DNA of 64,000 nucleotides from an uncultured Lentisphaerales bacterium (GTDB lineage: Bacteria > Verrucomicrobiota > Lentisphaeria > JABSQK01 > UBA12247), in assembly GCA_943788985.1 (NCBI GenBank), contig CALSSJ010000007.1, positions 10,268 to 74,267 of the forward strand. Direction: 5' to 3'. Positions 56,049 through 64,000 of the stretch are shown in pieces; the stretch's first letter is position 1, and each line of letters begins with the position of its first letter. A program made the position numbers and the translations under genes. The notes below the pieces were generated by a model. That model was given only the letters and a program-made list of their open reading frames with translations, did not search any database and was not told the DNA's origin.

Positions 56049-58030
56049 CGAAGAAAAAGTTGACCAAGAACTAGAGATGTACCGGGACCTGATGCAGGTC
56101 CCAGACACCTTTGAAGAGGGCTTCAGCTGGAGTTCCATGCTGGGGGCCATGTTCATCGGTCTGGTCATGGTGCCTGGCGCCTTGTACATGGGTCTCTTGG
56201 CTGGTGAAGGCATCGGCCCTGCTGCGCAGTGGGTGACGGTCATTCTCTTTATCGAAGTGGCCAAGCGCGCCCACCGGACGCTCAAGAAGTCCGAGCTGTT
56301 CGTCCTCTATTGGATGGCTGGGGCCGCTATGGGAGCCCCGTTCTCCGGCTTGCTCTGGAACCAATATTTTATTGGCAGCGATGCAGCCGTAAAACATGGC
56401 ATTGCTGGAGATATTCCTGACTGGTGGGCACCCGCAGTCGACTCTGTTTCCTACGCCAAGCGCTCCTTCTTCCATTCCGACTGGCTGCCAGCCATCCTGC
56501 TGATTTTTCTCGGCACCTTTGTCACCAGCCTCAAAAACATGGTGCTAGGCTATGGCCTGTTCCGGATCACCAGCGACATCGAGAAGCTCCCCTTTCCCAT
56601 GGCCCCCATCGGGGCTCAGGGCATCATGGCCTTGGCCGAAGATTCAGACGAGGCCAGCGCCGACAAGGCTGAAGATAGCTGGCGATGGCGAACCTTCGCC
56701 ATCGGCGGCGCAATTGGACTTTCCTATGGATCTGTCCTGTATCTCTTGCCCATCGTGACCTCTGCGCTCACCGGCACCTCGGTGCAGATCTTTCCGCTGC
56801 CGTTCGTGGATTGGAGCCCGACGACCGGCAAGTGGCTACCAGCCGTGGCCACTGGCTGGAGCTGGGATGTGGCGAATATCGTGACCGGTATGGTCTTGCC
56901 ATTTTGGGCAATGGTCGGCAGCTTCCTCGGCCTGGTCTTCACCATGATTCTCAACCCCATCTTGGTCGAGACCAACGTGCTCGACATGTGGACGCCTGGC
57001 GATGGTACCGTGGCCACGTTGTACAAGAACACGATGGACTTCTACTTCAGCTTCGGCATCGGCGTCAGCCTGGCCATCTTTCATCGCCGGCCTCTTCCAG
57101 GTCTTCTACAGCATCAAGCGAACGCGCAGGAAGCGACAGGCTGCGATGGCAGAGCCATCGCGAACGACCAACATCACCGAGCGTGGTGACATCCCCTGGA
57201 AATGGGTCATTATCACCTACGTCGTCACCACCCTTGGCTACATTATGCTCTGTGGCTGGCTGATCGAGTGGCACCGAGGCGTCATGATGGTCATGTTCTT
57301 CCTCGGCTTCGTCTATACCCCGCTTATCAGCTATGTCACCGCACGTCTAGAAGGTATTGCTGGCCAAGTGATCGAGATTCCAATGGTCCGGGAAGCCGCA
57401 CTCATCCTCAGCCAGTACAGCGGCGCGAAAGTCTGGTTCCTACCCATTCCGATCGCAAACTACGGCCAGATGACCATGTTCTACCGCAAGTGTGAGCTAC
57501 TCGGCACCAAGTTTACGTCGATCTGGAAAGCGCAGCTCTTTATGCTGCCGATGATCCTGGTCTGCAGTATCTTCTTCGCCAACTTTATCTGGGGTCTCGC
57601 CCCCGTCCCATCCTCCATCTATCCCTATGCCAACGTGATGTGGGAATTGCGCGCGGAGCAGACCTGTATCATCTACACCTCGACCATGGGCGAGTACAGC
57701 CAGTTCGAGCAGGCCTGGAAGCCCGAATACCTCGCCGCTGGTGCTGGTTTCGGCACCTTACTGTTCTTCGTACTGACCAAGCTCGGGGCGCCGATCTTCC
57801 TGGTCTACGGCGTGGTTCGTGGGCTCGGCCAATCGATGCCCCATGACATTTTGCCGCAGTTTGTCGGCGCTCTCATTGGCCGCTTTTACTTCTACAAGAA
57901 GTTTGGCAAGGCCTGGCTCAGATATATACCCATCATCGCAGCCGGCGTCGGCTGTGGAATGGGTCTGGTGACGGTGCTTGGCATCGGGATCACTTTCCTT
58001 AGTAAGTCCGTCGTCCAACTGCCGTATTGA
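56041..58030 (+). CDS. OPT-superfamily-like membrane transporter, frameshift at 57079-57081
   Basis: FEEGFSW, AQWVTVILFIE, DIEKLPFP, APVPSSIYP; an extra T in CTTTC splits ORFs 56008..57189 and 57002..58030. Confidence 0.75.
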
Positions 58031-58032
58031 TC

Positions 58033-58758
58033 ATGGACCAAGAAGTACTCATCACTATTACCGGCGTGAAGAAAATCTTCACCCTAGGCAAGCTCGAGAT
58101 TCACGCGCTCAAGGGCATCGACCTGACGATTTATCGCGGCGAGTACCTCTCGATCATGGGGCCGAGCGGCTCTGGTAAGTCCACGCTGTTCAATATGGTC
58201 GGCGCGCTCGATACGCCGTCTCTGGGCCAAGTCGAAGTCGCAGGACATGACCTGACCTCACTGAGCAGTCGCGAGCTCGCTTACTTCCGCGGCAATCACA
58301 TCGGCTACGTCTTCCAGGCCTATAACCTGATTCCCGCCTACAACGCGATCGACAACGTCGCCATGCCCCTCATTTTCAGCGGCATGGAGTATGACGAGGC
58401 CTGCGAGCGTGCCAAGCAGGTACTCGGCCGCGTGGGCTTGGGCGAGCGCATGACCCATCGTCCCGACGAGCTTTCCGGCGGGCAACAACAGCGTGTCGCC
58501 ATTGCCCGGGCGCTAGCCAACGAGCCCGCCATTATTCTCGCCGACGAGCCGACCGCAAACCTTGACCTGCAGACCGGCGCCGATATCATCGAGCTGCTCA
58601 AGGAGCTATGCCGCGAGACCGGCAGCACCATCGTCACCACCACCCATGATCACAAGATGCTTTCCGCCAGCGATCGTATCGTCTGGATCAAAGACGGCCA
58701 GGTGGACAAAGTCCAGCTTCGCGACGAGATCGAGATCAAGGTCGGCGACATCCATTAA
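58033..58758 (+). CDS. LolD/MacB-type ABC ATPase (second copy)
   Basis: [46 protein letters not shown]. Confidence 0.95.
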   Translation: MDQEVLITITGVKKIFTLGKLEIHALKGIDLTIYRGEYLSIMGPSGSGKSTLFNMVGALDTPSLGQVEVAGHDLTSLSSRELAYFRGNHIGYVFQAYNLIPAYNAIDNVAMPLIFSGMEYDEACERAKQVLGRVGLGERMTHRPDELSGGQQQRVAIARALANEPAIILADEPTANLDLQTGADIIELLKELCRETGSTIVTTTHDHKMLSASDRIVWIKDGQVDKVQLRDEIEIKVGDIH

Positions 58759-58841
58759 GCTGCGACGCAGCTGTAAAATCCCGGAAAACGGGTTCTGGTA
58801 CCTGCTTCCCTTCTGTTCGTAGCCGCTTTTCGAGAAACCGC

Positions 58842-61800
58842 ATGAGAACCATCCTCTCCGTCATTGCCGTGCTACTGGCTTCGGTGAGCCCGCTCTTGGC
58901 GATCAGCGACGGCTTCGAGTCCGGAGACTTTTCCGGGGCAGGGTGGGAGCACGGCTCCCCCGCCGCTAGGACCATCGACAACACACCGACTCGGAAACCG
59001 GTATACCTATTCCGCCACCGCCACCGCGCCTAAAATGGTCAGGAAACCCAGCCTACCGCCTGCGCGTCATCTGCGGAGAAGGACAGGTTCAGTTCTCCCG
59101 CAAGGTCTCTAGCGAGGCCTCCTACGACTACCTGCGCTTCTACCCTGGATGGTGAGTTGGCCGCAAGCTGGAGCGCGCGAGTTGGACTGGCTCACAGTGG
59201 CCTTTTCAGTCTCTGCTGGTTTACACGACTTTCGCTGGGTCTACGAGAAAGATGTTTCAGATGCGGCCGGCGACGACCGCGCCGTGGATCGATGACGTAT
59301 CCTGCGCCCGACCAGGGCGAATGGTCCGCCCATGATACCTTTGCCGCCCCCTCTTGGACGCCGGACGCTGGTCCCAGCAGCAATTCCGGAAACGGGGAGC
59401 GCTCCCCGCCAGCGCCAACGGCAGCGTCACGCTAGCCACGGGCAGCAATGGTGCGAGCAGCAATGGTGCGAGCAGCATCACCAGCACCTCCATGCCCGCA
59501 GAAGTGAAGGCCTGCTGGCCGCCTTTACCTTCATCGGCGAAGGCGAGGCACACGTGCTCTTTGAGCTACTCGATGGCCGCCAGCGTCGCAGTCGAGATTG
59601 GCCCCGATCAGGCTGCCGGCCGAACATTCGGGGACCCGCCCGAATCGTGGGCGGCCAAGATGCAGAAGACGTCTGCGCCGTGGGTAGCAGGGGCTGGCCA
59701 CTCGCGGTGTGCAAGACGGTTTCCAGGCTCAATTCTGCGGCGGCACTCTCATTCACCCCCAGCTGGGTGCTCACTGCCGCGCACTGCATCGAAGGGGGTC
59801 CAGGCCGAAACTGTGGATGTCATTCTGGGCCCGACGCGATCTGTCCTCCTCTGATGGAGAGCGCATCCCCCGTGGCAGAGATCATCCCACTCCCCCGGCT
59901 ACGATCCGGTTACCCCTGGACCGCGATCTGGCTCTGCTGCGGCTAGAAACACCTTCCACCATCACGCCACTGCCTCTGATCACTAGCGCAGATCAATACG
60001 CACCGGGCGTCGTCGCGACCATCCTTGGCTGGGGGAACACTATCGGAAGGGGGCGCTTCGCCCAATCGCCTTCAAATCGCCGAAGTCCCGATCGTATCCA
60101 ACGCGACCGCGAACGCCTCGCCTCTGCTCAGCGGGGTCACCGACAACATGTTCGCCGCCGGTTTCGCAAGCGGCGGGGTCGACACCTGCCAGGGCGACAG
60201 TGGTGGCCCCATCATTGTCCCTGACCGGGCAGTTGTGGCACCCTCGCCGGCGTCACAAGCTGGGGAATCGGCTGCGCCCCAGCCACAAGGACTACGGCCC
60301 TCCTACACGCGCATCGAGAACTTCCTGACCTGGATCAGTGACCACGTCGGCGCGCGCCAACTCACCGCGCGGCTCCTTCAGGGCGACGTCGCCCTTGCGG
60401 AGTCCGCAACCCTCAACACGAGGCGCGGACGCCTTTCGAATCGCCCTGCGCACCGATGACGGCATTCGGCCTCGAACAGAACGGGCTGACCATTTGGGAG
60501 GCAGAGACTGCAGCTTCCGGCACGATTACGGGACTTGCGATCTCCGCACTTTCTGATGAAGGCCCCCACAACCATCTCCCTAGACGAGGTCTCACTCTAC
60601 GATGGCGCTGCCCAAGCGCCGCCTGCGGTCATCCCCTGAGTTCTCGCTGCCCCCCGCGCGCCCATCGGCGGCCAAGTAAGCTGTGATGTCGTGCTTGTCG
60701 GGCCCACCGGCACCTATGCCGTGACCAGCGAACTGCACTACCCCTCTGCCTACCTAACACCGCTGCAGTTGCCCGCCAACATCACCCACCAAGCCCCGGG
60801 AATCCTGAGCGTGGTCATTCCCGAGAGCACGTTGGGCCCGACCACGATCCTCGGCACCGTCTTGTTTTCCGTATCTGCCACTGCCCCAGTCGAGGCAACC
60901 GTACAGACTGCGAACTCCGCAACCACCATCGCCGATTCGATCGAGCAAGGGTCGGCTACCCTGGCCATCATCAACGCCGTGCCGTACGACCTATTCGAGG
61001 CACCGCTGGTCTTGGATCCGTTGAGCGGGACAGTGACCGGATCCGTAGACGGAGCCAGCGCAGAGGATAACGAGCCAACCCACACGAGCTTGGGGAAGGG
61101 CGCTTCACTCTGGTTTTCATGGACCGCACCAGCGGATGGGCACGTGTCCTTCGATACGTTCGGAAGTCTCTTCGACACCGTTCTGGTGGCCTACCAAGGT
61201 GCCGCCTTGGACTCCCTTACCCCGCTCACCGAAAACGATGACGTCTACCAGACCCTGCGCAGCCGCATTGTGCTGCCAGTAAAGGCCCGACAGAATGTCC
61301 GGATCGCCCTCGACCAGGTGTCCCAGGCCAACGCCACTTTTCAGCTACAGCACAGTTTTCGCCCCACCCTGATCCAGGTTGGGGGCACGACCGAAGATTG
61401 GCAGGGAGCCCCGGAATACCAGTGGGAAAGCTTCGGAAATGCCCCCTGGACCGCAGATGCTGGCGCGCTGCGCAGTGGCGCTGCAGGAGACTCTGGGCCT
61501 GAGCGGCATCGAAACCTACGCCGCAGTCGGTACGGGCAGCGTCGAGTTTCGGCTACGCACCAGCTCGGAATTCACCTACGATTTCTTGGTCTTCACCATA
61601 GATGACGTCATCACAGCGAAGTGGAGTGGTGAGATCGCCTGGCAAACCTATACGGCCAACGTGAGCCCTGGCCTGCATCGCTTCTCCTGGATGTACAGCA
61701 AGGACCCCAGCTTCGGTGCCTTTGAGGATGCGGTCTGGATTGATGATATCAGCCTGCCGGCCCCAGACCCGCTCCAGCTAGCACGAACTCCCGGGACGAC

Positions 61801-63304
61801 CTGGCTACATGTCGACGAGGGGAATTCGGTGGTCGCCTCGGTGGGTGTAGAGAATCCAGTCGGACTGCTTTCCTACGAGTGGACCTACGACGGCAACTCC
61901 GTCCCCGGAGACTTGCCCACAACAACCATTTCCCCCGATTTCGATTCGATCACTCACCCTACGCTCTCCGAGACCACAGATTTGGAATGCCATATCACCG
62001 ACCTGGGCACGGGAAAAACCGCAACTCTGAGCTGGGTGGTCACGGTAAACGATCAGGATCAACCGCCTCCAACGCCAACAATCCGCGTGGTCCCGACCGT
62101 CGCCCGCGTCGGATCTGCTGTGGTTGGTGAACTCACTCCAGCACTGGATCTGGACGGGGATGCCGTCCAATACCGCTTTCGTTGGGAAGGCGCAGGCAGA
62201 ACCATCGTCGGTCCCATTCTACCAGCCGGCACCGCGACCCGCGGCCAGGTCTGGCAATTTACGGTCACCCCAGAGACCTTTCCCTATGGCAACCGGGTGC
62301 AGCATGCGGGAGTCACCACCTCGGTGACCTTTGCGAACTCCGCACCAGTTATCCAGGATCAATTCATTGCGATCTCCGCAGCTGTGACTGCACTTGCACC
62401 GGACGCCCATGATCCCGACGGAGACGCGCTCACCGTAGAGATTCTGAGCGCACCGCAGCACGGGACCTGGAACGGCACTCACTACACGGTTGCGAACTTC
62501 GCAGCCTGGGAAGACGAGATCGTCTGGCGGGTGCGAGACACGGAAGGGGCAACCGCGAGCGCAAAGCTTACGCTCTTCCTCGGCGGCTGGCGGCTGCCGC
62601 TGCTGGCAACCGGAGAGCAAGTGGAGATTGGTGCAGCGATCGGCGCCATCGCCGGTGTGGGCGCAGAAGACACGATCGCCGCGACGCCGCTGTTCGCCCA
62701 GGGCAGCGGCAGCGACCTAGACGTGGACCTGCGAGCACTTGGTGCCCCGGCAGTTTGGGAGCTGCCACTCTCAGAGACGACGGTCCTGCAATGGGACCCC
62801 GCGCTGGTTCCACCGCTCGGCCTCACAATCGGGCCCGCGCAGCTGGATATGCGCGCCGTTGCGGAGTTCGCAACCACCGAAAACGCAGTCATTACCACGA
62901 CCGCGCATGAATTCGAGCTCACGCTCCACCCGGGTTGGAACTGGTGCTCCCTGCCGATTCAACCGCTGCAGCCAACCGTGAACGACCTCTTTCCAGCGGC
63001 AAATGTGTACTGTTGGAACGACGGCTGGAAAAGGCCAGCGCTCCTCAATGCCGGGGAGGGCTTTACCGTCTTCGTGCCCGGTGAAGGCTACATAATTCAG
63101 ATCTCAGGCTACGAGAACGCACTCGAGCCCAGCGGAACGGGCTGGCAACTGGTCGGCCCCACCTCGAAACCACCCTACCAGGCGGTGCCAGCCACGGACG
63201 TAAGCGCCGATCCGGTCTGGACGGCAGCCGGCGATGCCTTTGAGCGCGCCGACATGCTCCAACCAGGTACAGCCTACTGGGTCTGGCGCAGCACGGCACC
63301 TTGA
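58842..63304 (+). CDS. Large secreted multidomain trypsin-like (S1) serine protease, broken by many indels
   Basis: Signal peptide. RIVGG, FCGGTLI, WVLTAAHC, DRDLALLRL and DTCQGDSGGP lie in shifting frames. Then a PPC-like domain (SLWFSWTAP...FDTVL), Ig-like repeats and LHPGWNWCSLP. Confidence 0.8.
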
Positions 63305-63475
63305 CTCCCGTGCCCCTCCCTGCCCTGCCCTGCCCGTGCCCTATCTCCGACACGCGCGAGAGGCCGAACCCGCTGCTCTCCCAGGCTCCCACGCGGCTTC
63401 ACGCGACGCGACTCCCGTCGCTGACTGCACTACCGAACTCACGCCTTCTCCCTGAGTGAAAGGCTCGGGTCCCCT

Positions 63476-64000
63476 CATGACTGGGCTGACGCCGTGACGC
63501 ATGACTGCTGGTCGGGCGTCATCATGTCAGGGGCGTCGTCGGGAGTCATGGCGTCACCAAGTCCTATTCCATCAAGCCCAGGCGTGACGGCTCGCGGGGG
63601 GCAGCAGGACTCGGTGACTCGATGACTCGGTGACGCCCGATGACATCATGACTGGGGCTGACGCCGTGACGATGACTGCTGGTCGGGCGTCATCATGTCA
63701 GGGCGGCGTCGGGAGTCTTGGCGTCACCCCAGTCACCAAGTCCTATTCCATCAAGCCCCAGGCGTGACGGCTCGCGGGGGGCAGCAGGACTCGGTGACTC
63801 GATGACTCGGTGACGCCCGATGACATCATGACTGGGCTGACGCCGGGACGATGACTGCTGGTCGGGCGTCATCATGTCAGGGCGGCGTCGGGAGTCATGG
63901 CGTCACCCAGTCACCAAGTCCTATTCCATCAAGCCCAGGCGTGACGGCTCGCGGGGGCAGCAGGACTCGGTGACTCGATCACTCGGTGACGCCCGATGAC
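63476..64000. repeat. Tandem array of a ~176-180-bp self-complementary unit, running off the window
   Basis: Partial unit 63476-63600, full units 63601-63780 and 63781-63956, next unit from 63957. Each has a TGAC-rich left arm and a GTCA-rich right arm. Confidence 0.95.

Noticed and set aside
63476..64000. CRISPR array
   Set aside because: Units are ~177 bp and near-identical throughout, with no unique spacers and no cas genes in the window.

Overview
A GC-rich bacterial chromosomal segment, most likely from a Lentisphaerae/PVC-superphylum organism. Support: 16S signature GGCTGCAGTCGAGAATCT, an H-X9-DG-CTERM protein, a Zn-ribbon Ser/Thr kinase and a sulfatase. It holds housekeeping and accessory genes (recD2, hisB, yitJ-type Met enzyme, EF-P-like yeiP, nadA, dctM), a complete minus-strand 16S-23S-5S operon with no tRNA in the ITS, a GT2/AsnB/methyltransferase surface-modification cluster and a large secreted trypsin-like protease. 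Several genes carry single-base frameshifts, and these become dense after about 58.9 kb, which points to long-read assembly noise. Three things stand out. (1) A quasi-palindromic DNA motif, TTGCG-RASTY-CGCAA, whose exact 13-mer TGCGAACTCCGCA occurs at least 14 times on both strands. It lies mostly inside genes, in five different reading frames, so it is a DNA-level signal. (2) A tightly coupled 13-kb operon encoding two OPT-like membrane proteins, a stand-alone PqqD/RRE protein, two FtsX/MacB-type permeases (one fused to an apparently inactive M28 peptidase) and two LolD-type ATPases. (3) A ~177-bp self-complementary repeat, tandem at the right edge, with a deleted solo copy at 0.9 kb. All calls were made by eye from the sequence and the ORF track; no database searches were run.
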